A stretch of 56,803 nucleotides of DNA from Eubacteriales bacterium (lineage in GTDB: Bacteria; Bacillota; Clostridia; Oscillospirales; CAG-382): NCBI GenBank assembly GCA_045643125.1, contig JAZUKE010000140.1:1-56803 (forward strand). Direction: 5' to 3'. The position numbers were made by a program, and so were the translations under genes. Shown here piece after piece: positions 39,282-47,767 of this stretch. The notes beneath the pieces are model-generated. The model saw only the letters and a list, made by a program, of their open reading frames with translations, made no database searches and was not told the DNA's origin. How positions within the stretch are numbered: position 1 is the stretch's first letter; the number at the start of each line of letters is the position of its first letter.

Positions 39282-39310
39282 ATTATATCAAATGCGTCGC
39301 ATTTTGTCAA
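39282..39310 (-). promoter_or_regulatory. Sigma-A promoter of cohesin-like gene
   Basis: TTGACA-17 nt-TATAAT. Confidence 0.75.
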
Positions 39311-39386
39311 CGAACAGAAAGGTAAAAAATATTCTTCTTGACAAACAGGGCAAAAAATAATAAAGTAATAACGGAGATGATTTATT

Positions 39387-40358
39387 TTGGTAAAAAGAAT
39401 AAACGGCTCGTGGATAGAGTTCACGCATCACAATATCGCGGAAGGAGTGTACTATACACCCGTCTGCCGCACGTTCACCGAAGCGCAATGGAGAGCGAAG
39501 ATACGCGAAATGAAAAATCTCGGTATGACGTATCTTCAGCTTCTCTGCACGTCGCTTGCATACGCCGACAGAGCGGAAGCGTATTTCAGAACCGACATTT
39601 ATCCGTTTGCGAAAGACTTTATGTGCGCCGATCCCATAGAAGTCCTGCTTGACGAAGCGGACAAGCTCGATATGAAGGTATTTTTGTCTGTCGGCTATTA
39701 CGGCGACTGTTACCACGCCTACACGAATATGACGTCGGATGAGGTCAAAGCCCGTGCGTTCAGAGCTATGGAGCAGATATATTCGCTCTTTTCTCATCAC
39801 AAATCGTTTTACGGCTGGTATCTGCCCGATGAAGTGGGAGCCGATCCGTGCTATCCGGACGAATTCATAAAGTACGTCAACGACTACGCTTCTTTCGCAC
39901 ATTCACTCTGCAAAAAGCATAAAATTTTCATAAGTCCCTACGGCACGCGCGGTATAGTCACCGACGACAACTTTGTAAAAGCGCTCGAAAGGCTCGACGC
40001 CGATATCATAGCATATCAGGACGAAGTCGGCGTGTACAAATCAACGCCCGACGAAACGCCGCGTTTCTATGAAAATTTAAGAAAAGCACATTCAAAAGCC
40101 GGCAGAGCGTCGCTTTGGGCAAACGTAGAGACGTTTTCTTTCGAGGGAACGCGCTACCGTTCGCCGCTCATTCCCGCTTCCGCAGACAGATTATATGCGC
40201 AGCTTGCCGCCGTTTCGGACTACGTTGACGAGATCGTCTGCTACGAATACATCGGTATGATGAACGAGCCGGGGACTATCGCCTACTGCGGACACCCGGA
40301 CTCCGTCAAATATTATACCGACTACAAGGAACTGATAAACGACGGAAAGATCGGATAA
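39387..40358 (+). CDS. DUF4434-like TIM-barrel putative glycoside hydrolase
   Basis: INGSWI, W...IREMKNLG, HKSFYGWYLPDE, DIIAYQDEVG, LWANVETF; TTG start. Confidence 0.7.
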   Translation: MVKRINGSWIEFTHHNIAEGVYYTPVCRTFTEAQWRAKIREMKNLGMTYLQLLCTSLAYADRAEAYFRTDIYPFAKDFMCADPIEVLLDEADKLDMKVFLSVGYYGDCYHAYTNMTSDEVKARAFRAMEQIYSLFSHHKSFYGWYLPDEVGADPCYPDEFIKYVNDYASFAHSLCKKHKIFISPYGTRGIVTDDNFVKALERLDADIIAYQDEVGVYKSTPDETPRFYENLRKAHSKAGRASLWANVETFSFEGTRYRSPLIPASADRLYAQLAAVSDYVDEIVCYEYIGMMNEPGTIAYCGHPDSVKYYTDYKELINDGKIG

Positions 40359-40364
40359 AAAATC

Positions 40365-40399
40365 AAGCACTTGACGGTATTTAACGAACGTCAAGTGCT
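40365..40399. terminator. Hairpin between convergent genes
   Basis: AGCACTTGACG/CGTCAAGTGCT stem. Confidence 0.6.
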
Positions 40400-40405
40400 G
40401 CTTTT

Positions 40406-40768
40406 CTATTTGGAATCCCTTATATCCTGCACGGAATTGATCACGTTTTTCTTTTCGTTCCTTATTTCCCACTGAATAAGGAAGGTGAGCGCGGCGCGCA
40501 GGATTATGACGGCACCGAGTATCATAAGCTCGTTCCATTCGCGTGCGATGACGGTACGGAGAAGCTCGCCGCCCATTTTGAATTCGAGAGCCAGCGCGAT
40601 GCCCTCTGCAAGTTCAAGACGGATCATATCCGTTTTTCTGAAAAGTCCGACAACGGCGCGGATGACCGCGTAGCAAAGTACGCACACGCCGATGAATTCT
40701 ATAATGAGAATGGCATATTCAATAAGCCAGCTGAACGCGTTTTCTATATAATCGAATACCTGCTGCAT
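40406..40768 (-). CDS. DUF1622 membrane protein
   Basis: RLELAEGIALALEFKMGGELLRTV, LGAVIILRAALTFLIQWEI. Confidence 0.85.
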   Translation of the reverse strand: MQQVFDYIENAFSWLIEYAILIIEFIGVCVLCYAVIRAVVGLFRKTDMIRLELAEGIALALEFKMGGELLRTVIAREWNELMILGAVIILRAALTFLIQWEIRNEKKNVINSVQDIRDSK

Positions 40769-40847
40769 TTTTCATTTCCTTTTCTTTTATTGATGTATTG
40801 AATATACCACTTTTCCGATCATAAATCAAGTATAAATTTCATTCTTA

Positions 40848-40876
40848 TTGACATTTTTTCAAACAGGTGATATAAT
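40848..40876 (+). promoter_or_regulatory. Sigma-A promoter of threonine aldolase gene
   Basis: TTGACA-17 nt-TATAAT with TG. Confidence 0.85.
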
Positions 40877-40908
40877 TCAGTCAGTCAATCAAACGGAGGA
40901 GAACATAT

Positions 40909-41934
40909 ATGCTTTATTTTATAAACGACTATTCCGAGGGCGCACACGAAAAGATACTTCAGCGCTTTATAGAGACCAACAGAGAATCGCTGACCGCCTA
41001 CGGGAACGACAAATATTCCGATTCGGCAAAAGAGAAGATAAAAAAGGCGTGTGAATGTGACGACGCCGAGGTGTATTTCCTTACCGGCGGAACGCAGACG
41101 AATCTCATCGTAATTGATACGATGCTCAAAAGCTATGAATCCGTCATTGCCGCAGCCACCGGACACATCAACTGTCACGAAGCGGGCGCCGTTGAAGCGA
41201 GCGGACACAAGGTGATAGGTCTTCCGCAGAAGGACGGCAAGATAAACGCTTCCGACCTCGAAAAATATCTTAAGGTCTTTTATTCCGATGCCAACCACGA
41301 GCATATGACGTTCCCCGGAATGGTATATATTTCTCACCCGACCGAATACGGCACGCTTTACACGAAAAAGGAAATGACCGATATTTCACGTCTCTGCCGC
41401 AGCTATAACATACCGCTTTTCCTTGACGGCGCACGTCTCGGCTATGGTATCGAAAGCAAGGGCAGCGAGCTTTCGCTCCCCGATATCGCGCGTCTTTGCG
41501 ACGTATTCTACATCGGCGGCACCAAAGTCGGCGCTCTGTGCGGCGAAGCTGTCGTGTTCACCAAAAAGAATATGCCGCCCCACTTCCCCACTCTTGTAAA
41601 GCAGCGCGGCGCGATGATCGCCAAGGGCAGACTTATCGGCATACAGTTCGACGTGCTTTTCACCGACGGTCTTTATTTTGAGATCAGCAAAAACGCCATA
41701 AGAACAGCCGAAAAGCTCCGCGCGATACTCAAAGAAAAAGGCTACCGTTTCTTTATCGAAACGACCACCAACCAGACCTTCGTTATCCTCGAAAACGCCT
41801 TTATGGAAAAACTCGCCGAAAAGGTCGCGTTCGACTTTTGGGAAATGTACGACGAAAGCCACACCGTCGTCCGCTTCTGCACGAGCTGGGCAACCACCGA
41901 CGAGCAGATAACCGAGCTTGAAAAGGTGCTGTAA
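40909..41934 (+). CDS. ltaE: Low-specificity L-threonine aldolase (PLP)
   Basis: NDYSEGAH, GGTQTN, HEAGAVE, LDGARL, YIGGTK, RFCTSWAT. Confidence 0.88.
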   Translation: MLYFINDYSEGAHEKILQRFIETNRESLTAYGNDKYSDSAKEKIKKACECDDAEVYFLTGGTQTNLIVIDTMLKSYESVIAAATGHINCHEAGAVEASGHKVIGLPQKDGKINASDLEKYLKVFYSDANHEHMTFPGMVYISHPTEYGTLYTKKEMTDISRLCRSYNIPLFLDGARLGYGIESKGSELSLPDIARLCDVFYIGGTKVGALCGEAVVFTKKNMPPHFPTLVKQRGAMIAKGRLIGIQFDVLFTDGLYFEISKNAIRTAEKLRAILKEKGYRFFIETTTNQTFVILENAFMEKLAEKVAFDFWEMYDESHTVVRFCTSWATTDEQITELEKVL

Positions 41935-42068
41935 GAATAATTACCATAACGCATAACCGAAATCGTGACGTCGGAGACGACGTCATAAACAAAAAACAGG
42001 CTGAAAATGTCACGGGTTGATAAGGATGTTTTTTGATTTGCTCTGTAATATCAATGATACGATATGTT

Positions 42069-42086
42069 GACAAATCAGAATTTATC
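42069..42086. repeat. Imperfect palindrome GACAAATCAGAATTTATC, related to motifs at 20711 and 43354
   Basis: Shared CAAATC-N4-YTT core; sits at the start of an AT-rich segment. Confidence 0.45.
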
Positions 42087-42230
42087 TATCTTTTTTCTAA
42101 ATAGTAAGAATTAAATAATTTAACTGCCGGTTAATTTGCTCTTTCCAAACAATACCTGTACAATATCCTAAAAAAGAATATAATGGTATCAGAAACAGAC
42201 GTCAGTTTCAAAAAAAACGGAGGTAAAGTT

Positions 42231-43313
42231 ATGAAAATAACGATTGGAACCAATATTAAACGTCTTCGCTCTGATAAAGGCATTACACAGGAGCAATTGG
42301 CGGAAGCCATGAACGTCACCTGTGCTGCTGTCAGCAAATGGGAAAGAAGCGAATCCTATCCGGATATTTCGATGCTGCAGCCGCTTGCTTTCTATTTCGG
42401 TGTTTCTCTTGACGAACTGATGGGTTATGATAAAGAAAAGGTCAATGAGGAAATCGAACAAATCATTGCGGAATATCGCGCGTGTATGCGGAATGATTGG
42501 GAAAAGGCAAAGGAAATCATCAGAAACGCATATAAAGAATATCCGAACGATTACAGGATCATGTTCAATTACATGTGGTCTCTCGGTGTCAGCGATGCAG
42601 AGCCCGATCTTGCTGCGGCGAGAGCGGTAAAAGAGGAGATCGAACCGATCTGTGACAAAATCATTGCGAACTGTACAGATCTTCCGTTGTGTCTCGGTGC
42701 ATGGAAAATGAAAGCGATCCTCCTTCATGCTGAAGGAAAAACAGAAGATGCTTTGAAAATTCACAGCGAACAGTTCGGAGATTGGTATTTTTCCACTGGA
42801 CAAATGAACGAGCAGTTGTTTCGGAAAGACAGACCCGAATTTCTCTACTGGGTAAAACGCAATATGTATGAGCTTGTCGAATATGCTGCCGACAAACTTG
42901 TCAAATCATATTTCTATGATCCGGAATATTCCTGTGATACGATGGTGGAAAAAGTGGAAAAGATCGGCGACGGGGTTTATCGAATGGGGTGCGAACTGGA
43001 GGAAGCGTTTCTCATTACAATCGCGGAGAACATCTTTGGCAGACTCCGCAATGACCTGATCGCTCGCCCGTATCGCGGCGGAAAGATAGCAGATATCATT
43101 CGGATTAGTGATAAATGGCTTCTCGCCGTTCAAAAGCTCTCTGAACTCGCAAAAAGTAATAAACCGTTGTTCGACGCTTGTGTCAAGAACAATCAAACTG
43201 ACGATTTGCTGGCTTACACGGTTAGTTGCACATTGTCATGGAAAAATCCGGAGAATGTCAAATTACTTGAAAATGCGGAGTACCGGGCTGTCATTGAAAA
43301 ATATCAAAGATAA
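42231..43313 (+). CDS. XRE-family HTH regulator with long helical C-terminus
   Basis: IKRLRSDKGITQEQLAEAMNVTCAAVSKWE..ESYPDI..L..LA.YFGVSLDELMG; GGAGG RBS; codon usage differs from neighbours. Confidence 0.88.
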   Translation: MKITIGTNIKRLRSDKGITQEQLAEAMNVTCAAVSKWERSESYPDISMLQPLAFYFGVSLDELMGYDKEKVNEEIEQIIAEYRACMRNDWEKAKEIIRNAYKEYPNDYRIMFNYMWSLGVSDAEPDLAAARAVKEEIEPICDKIIANCTDLPLCLGAWKMKAILLHAEGKTEDALKIHSEQFGDWYFSTGQMNEQLFRKDRPEFLYWVKRNMYELVEYAADKLVKSYFYDPEYSCDTMVEKVEKIGDGVYRMGCELEEAFLITIAENIFGRLRNDLIARPYRGGKIADIIRISDKWLLAVQKLSELAKSNKPLFDACVKNNQTDDLLAYTVSCTLSWKNPENVKLLENAEYRAVIEKYQR

Positions 43314-43353
43314 TAAACATTATTCTTCAACAATGTTTTTATCAACAGTTCAG

Positions 43354-43369
43354 CAAATCCCGGTTTGGT
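43354..43369 (+). repeat. CAAATCCCGGTTTGGT motif
   Basis: 15/16 identical to reverse complement of 20711-20726. Confidence 0.6.
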
Positions 43370-43386
43370 CGAGTTAATAGAAACAA

Positions 43387-43428
43387 ACCCGCTGAAAAGG
43401 AATTCATATCCTTTCCGGCGGGTAGTTT
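43387..43428. terminator. Terminator between convergent genes
   Basis: ACCCGC..AAAGGA/TCCTTT..GCGGGT stem with flanking A/T runs. Confidence 0.65.
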
Positions 43429-43644
43429 TTATTTTGTTTTTGATCTAATTACAATAGTAAATACAGTTGCAAATATTAAAGAAAATAATACGTACAGAAG
43501 ATATGGCAAATCCGTCATAAGTTCGCCGAAAGAAGCAAAACCGTTGATAAAGCACTTATTGGTTATCGCAAAGATACTACATAGACATAGGCCCAAAAGA
43601 ACAATGAAAAACGTCTTGCAAAAAAGAATTATCAGGCTTTTCAT
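43429..43644 (-). CDS. Small 2-TM hypothetical protein
   Basis: AAAGGA RBS; two hydrophobic helices; AT-rich. Confidence 0.55.
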   Translation of the reverse strand: MKSLIILFCKTFFIVLLGLCLCSIFAITNKCFINGFASFGELMTDLPYLLYVLFSLIFATVFTIVIRSKTK

Positions 43645-43705
43645 ATAAGTTTTCCTTTCACGCGCCGTCGAGTCGCATCACGTTCCGCGCAAGCGGAACA
43701 CATCA

Positions 43706-44515
43706 TTAAAACTTTCTGCCGCCGCCTCCGTGGAACGAGCCGGACGAGCTGAAATGTCCGCTGCTTCCTCCGCTTCTGCCGGAGGAGTTGTTCTGCGGAC
43801 GCGGTGTTTTTGACACGTTGGCACAAAGGAACGTGTCCTTGCTGACCGAAAGACGGAGCGAGGAATTGTCAACGTAGTTGTTCGCGTCCTTTTTCGGGGC
43901 GACGCTCTTAAGCTGCGATTTGAGCCTGCCGACGTATATCAGCGAAACGATCACCGCAATTATCACGGAAATGACCGCGGAAGTCAGTATGACGCTCCTC
44001 CAATCGGTAGGTATGCTGTCCTCGTCGAACGGCTTGCCGTTTTCGGCACATTCAAGATATTCTGCCGTCTGATCGAGGAAGCAGATCACGGAATCGTAAT
44101 ATCTTCCGTCCGAAAGCCCCGCTTCGTCAACCATTTTGTCGCAGACGTAGTTTATGCCGTAGTCGGTAAAAACGTCCAGACCACGACCTTTGGTACTTAT
44201 CCAGAGGTCGCCGTCCTCGATGCTGATAAGCAGCAGACAGCCGTCGCCGTTTTCGCCGTATCCATAGCCGTTGTAATCGTAATAATCGTCGGCAAAATCC
44301 ACAGGCGATTTGCCGCCGAGAGTTGACGGCAGAACGACGACGATATCGAAATCGTACCTGCTTCGTATTTCGTTTATCCTCGATTCGATCCTGCTTTCTT
44401 CCGCGGAAGTGAGCAGATCCGCGTCGTCAACGACGGCAGGCGAGGACGCAAAAACGGAAAGCGAAAGTGAAATAACAAGGAAAGCGCAAAAAATAACCGT
44501 TACGATCTTTTTCAT
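43706..44515 (-). CDS. TPM-domain membrane protein (YdjH-like)
   Basis: Signal peptide, VVDDADLLTSAEE, ADDYYDYNGYG, GCLLLIS, TM, Gly/Ser tail SSGSFHGGGGRKF. Confidence 0.88.
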   Translation of the reverse strand: MKKIVTVIFCAFLVISLSLSVFASSPAVVDDADLLTSAEESRIESRINEIRSRYDFDIVVVLPSTLGGKSPVDFADDYYDYNGYGYGENGDGCLLLISIEDGDLWISTKGRGLDVFTDYGINYVCDKMVDEAGLSDGRYYDSVICFLDQTAEYLECAENGKPFDEDSIPTDWRSVILTSAVISVIIAVIVSLIYVGRLKSQLKSVAPKKDANNYVDNSSLRLSVSKDTFLCANVSKTPRPQNNSSGRSGGSSGHFSSSGSFHGGGGRKF

Positions 44516-44525
44516 ATCCGCCACC

Positions 44526-45614
44526 TCATAACACGCCGAGAACGAGCACGCAGCCCGCCATTGCAGCGGCAAACGAGATCAAAAACGAAAGAATACGGTA
44601 TTTGCGCTGCTTTTTCTTGTCAAGCGGAAGATTCCCAACGAATTTGCCGGTCTGACCGTTCATCGCAAACGTATACGTTTCGCCGTTCCAGCTCGTTCGG
44701 AGCATCCACACCGGGAAAAGCCCGTATTTTGCTTTGCCGTTATTTATTTTAACGCTGCTTGCTTCGGTGTTCACCGTGACGTAGCCGTTCACGGTCGATC
44801 TGAACAGTTCTTCAATGCTCCGTTTGGCTCTTGCGTTGGCACGTTCCTGCCCGTTTTCAACGCCGACGTCGTATTTATCCGCCCTGAATCCGGCAAGAAA
44901 CGCCGTCTGGAACGGACGCGCTTCATTCATATCGAACGGCTCGATAGACTCCATAAGGTCATCGGGCATCTTTTCTGAGCCGTCTGCGGGGATCCCCGAA
45001 AACGACGCATTGCCTTTGCGAAGCACCTGATAAAAGCTCGTTTCGGTGTAATTGTACTTTGAATCGCTCCAAAGTCTCGTTTTCGTCGCCTTGAACTTAA
45101 AATCTCCGTCCGCAGTTCCGTCAAATATCCAGAACGGAACGTAGATGCCTTTTATTTCGTCGATATGATTGTTTTCGGTAAAAGCGTCCGGAAGCAGTTT
45201 TTTATTCATCAGATGCTTTTCAAACGCGGTCTTTGCTTCTTTCTTTTCGAGCTTGAAGGGTATGACGCAGTCCGGGCGCAAAGCACCGGAAAGCTTGCCC
45301 GTCATAACCACGGGGCTGTCGCAGTAAGGGCAGGTAAGGGCAGCCGCAGTCGTTTCGGTGACGATCTCGCCGCCGCAGGAGTTGCAGTGATAGACCGCGA
45401 TGTTTTCTTCTTCGCCGTCCTCCCACTCCGTGCCTACTTTATCTTCCCAGCTTATTTCGTCCGGCTCATTCGCCGAAAACCCTTCGTCAAGCGCTTTGAG
45501 CTGTTCGAGCGTAAAAACAGAATCGCAGTACGGACATTTGACAGTCTGTTCGCCTATGTTGAACGTCATTCCTCCGCCGCAATTCGGGCATTCGTATTCA
45601 AGTAATTCTGACAT
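44526..45614 (-). CDS. Double zinc-ribbon membrane protein (YdjG-like)
   Basis: CPNCGG..CPYC and CNSCGG..CPYC, RPDCVIPF, YVPFWIFD, FAMNGQTGK, C-terminal TM. Confidence 0.8.
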   Translation of the reverse strand: MSELLEYECPNCGGGMTFNIGEQTVKCPYCDSVFTLEQLKALDEGFSANEPDEISWEDKVGTEWEDGEEENIAVYHCNSCGGEIVTETTAAALTCPYCDSPVVMTGKLSGALRPDCVIPFKLEKKEAKTAFEKHLMNKKLLPDAFTENNHIDEIKGIYVPFWIFDGTADGDFKFKATKTRLWSDSKYNYTETSFYQVLRKGNASFSGIPADGSEKMPDDLMESIEPFDMNEARPFQTAFLAGFRADKYDVGVENGQERANARAKRSIEELFRSTVNGYVTVNTEASSVKINNGKAKYGLFPVWMLRTSWNGETYTFAMNGQTGKFVGNLPLDKKKQRKYRILSFLISFAAAMAGCVLVLGVL

Positions 45615-45627
45615 TCGGTTGCTCCTT

Positions 45628-46494
45628 TCAATCAAATCTGATGATATTGCTCCAAGCGTCGCCGAACGGCGTATTTATCTCGACGCGAAGCCACGATTCG
45701 CCGTTTACTGCGTCGTACTCGGCGTGAGTACGCCCTTTTTCGTGCAGACACCTGTTCGATGTCCACGCGAGGTTTGAGACGAAGCACACTCTGTCGGCAG
45801 GCGAGCAATCGACGGTTATGTGCTTTCCGTTTCTCTCAACGAGCAGCTCGGGGCCTTGGGTGGCGTAAAAATCGCCTTTTCGTATCGAATCGAGTATCGC
45901 TTCCCGCGTGCAGCTTTCGGCTCTTGCCATAATGAACGACTTACACTCGTCGCCGTCATAACGATGGACGTCATCGTCGGCAACAAGCGGAAGGATGTAG
46001 TTTCTGTTTGCCATAATATCTATGAAGTAGCCGGAATACGGACGGAAGTTTTCGTGACAGTCGGAAACGGTGTTGTATATTTCGACCGCGGAAAAGCCGT
46101 GGAGCGATTCCGCGTCCTCGGGAGATACGAGCGACCAATTCGGGTGCGCGAGTATGGCGATCCCGCCGGAAGCGTTTATGCGGTCGATGATTTCCTGCCT
46201 TGTCATCGTCTTTTCTATCCCGTGATCGCGCGACATTCCGACGCCGACGATGTGCATATTTCCTTTTTCGGTCTGATTGAACCCCGTGTTGAATTCGGTA
46301 CCCGAAAGCAGCAGAAGCCCGTTTACGATCCTTTCGTCGTAATATTTCCAGTGGTCGGTGACGGCAACGGCGTCGTAACCGGCGCTTTTATATATTTCCG
46401 CCGCTTCAAGATCGGTCTTTCTGCCGTCCGAGAAGCAAGTGTGAGTGTGAAGCCCTATCTTATATCTTTTGTCTCCGTGAGAGTCAATGTACAT
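45628..46494 (-). CDS. PHP-domain metallohydrolase (CehA/McbA-like)
   Basis: LHTHTCFSDG, AVTDH, LAHP, EIYN, DDVH. Confidence 0.85.
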   Translation of the reverse strand: MYIDSHGDKRYKIGLHTHTCFSDGRKTDLEAAEIYKSAGYDAVAVTDHWKYYDERIVNGLLLLSGTEFNTGFNQTEKGNMHIVGVGMSRDHGIEKTMTRQEIIDRINASGGIAILAHPNWSLVSPEDAESLHGFSAVEIYNTVSDCHENFRPYSGYFIDIMANRNYILPLVADDDVHRYDGDECKSFIMARAESCTREAILDSIRKGDFYATQGPELLVERNGKHITVDCSPADRVCFVSNLAWTSNRCLHEKGRTHAEYDAVNGESWLRVEINTPFGDAWSNIIRFD

Positions 46495-46509
46495 CTGTGT
46501 TACCTTCTT

Positions 46510-47658
46510 TTAAGCCCAAAAATATTCCGCGACGGTCGCTGCTATCATCTTTGAACGCCGCAAAAGCGAGTCGGTTTCGGCGTATTCCCACGACGTGTGG
46601 TTTCCGTCACCCGTCACGCCTGCGGAGCATACTGTCGGCACGTCAACGGCGACAGCGTAAGCGGCATCGGAGCCGCCTCCGTTGAAATCGGGGTAAATAT
46701 CCTCAAAACCGTACTTTTTGCAGACATTTTCGAGTTTTTCAAAAAGCCGCATATTGCCTTCGGTCTGTTCCATCGGCAGCCGTTTGCTTCTGATGAACGC
46801 CGTGGCAGACGTGCCCTCAACGTGGGAAGAATCAACTATTTCTTTTACTTTTTCATAAGCCGAATCGAGGTCACTCATCGACCCCGCGCGTATATCGACC
46901 GAAAAAGTACACTTGTCCGGCACGATGTTTTCGGCGCTTCCGCCCGAGATCACGCCGCAGTTGAACGTGGATGAGCCGGTAGAACTTAATTTTTCTATCT
47001 CTATTATCTTATACGCGGCTTCCTTTATCGCGCTTGCGCCCTCGAAATAAGCGATGCCCGAATGTGCGGCTTTGCCGCTGACCTCGACACGCAGACGGTA
47101 TATCCCTTTTCTGCCGACGCTTATCATTCCCTTTTTGCTCGTTTCGGCGCAGAAGCAAGCGTTAAAGCCGCGGCACGAATCCATTATGAGCTGTTTTCCG
47201 GCGTCGCCGCTCAATCTCTCGCTCACTTCTTCGTCAGACGAAAGTAGCAGCCGCAGGTGTTTTCTGTAACCGCAATGGTAGAGTGCTTCCATTACGAGAA
47301 GCGAAACGGCGATACCGCCCTTGCAGTCAACGACTCCGGGACCGGTCAGTATGCCGTCTTTTTCGGTGACGGCGGGATAGCCGAATTTGCCTTTTTCGTG
47401 AACGGTGTCGGTGTGTGCGAGGAAGACGATGCCTTTTTCGCTTTCTTCGTTCAAATCGCAGATAAAATAGTCGCCCGCGTTTTCAAAACGTATTCTCTTT
47501 GAGGAAAAACCGCGGGAGTTACAGAATTTTTCGATCTTATCGACGGTTTCGTTTACGCCGTCTTTGTCCGAGGATATCCCCTCCGACGAACATATATCCA
47601 CCCAGAAATCCTTATACGGTTTTTCGTTGCTTTCTATGTATTCAAACAGACCGTCCAT
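46510..47658 (-). CDS. M20-family metallopeptidase
   Basis: AHTDTV, GPGVVDCKGG, SDEE, GKAAHSG, GGGSDA, GNHT. Confidence 0.88.
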   Translation of the reverse strand: MDGLFEYIESNEKPYKDFWVDICSSEGISSDKDGVNETVDKIEKFCNSRGFSSKRIRFENAGDYFICDLNEESEKGIVFLAHTDTVHEKGKFGYPAVTEKDGILTGPGVVDCKGGIAVSLLVMEALYHCGYRKHLRLLLSSDEEVSERLSGDAGKQLIMDSCRGFNACFCAETSKKGMISVGRKGIYRLRVEVSGKAAHSGIAYFEGASAIKEAAYKIIEIEKLSSTGSSTFNCGVISGGSAENIVPDKCTFSVDIRAGSMSDLDSAYEKVKEIVDSSHVEGTSATAFIRSKRLPMEQTEGNMRLFEKLENVCKKYGFEDIYPDFNGGGSDAAYAVAVDVPTVCSAGVTGDGNHTSWEYAETDSLLRRSKMIAATVAEYFWA

Positions 47659-47721
47659 TGTGAATGCCTCTTTTCGTTACTATAATATCACAAAAGCATT
47701 TCAATGTCAACAAACGTACAA

Positions 47722-47758
47722 AAAATCAGACTTTTCGAAAAGTGAAAAGTCTGATTTT
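47722..47758 (-). terminator. Terminator ending the STAS...GH127 operon
   Basis: AAAATCAGACTTTTC/GAAAAGTCTGATTTT 15-bp perfect stem. Confidence 0.8.
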
Positions 47759-47767
47759 ATTATTCAC

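Noticed and set aside
41801-42073. 90-aa minus-strand ORF overlapping the ltaE end
   Set aside because: No RBS, crosses the ltaE hairpin and coding region, no recognisable motif
43681-43690. CGTTCCGCGC shared with 30523-30532
   Set aside because: A 10-bp match with different flanks is compatible with chance
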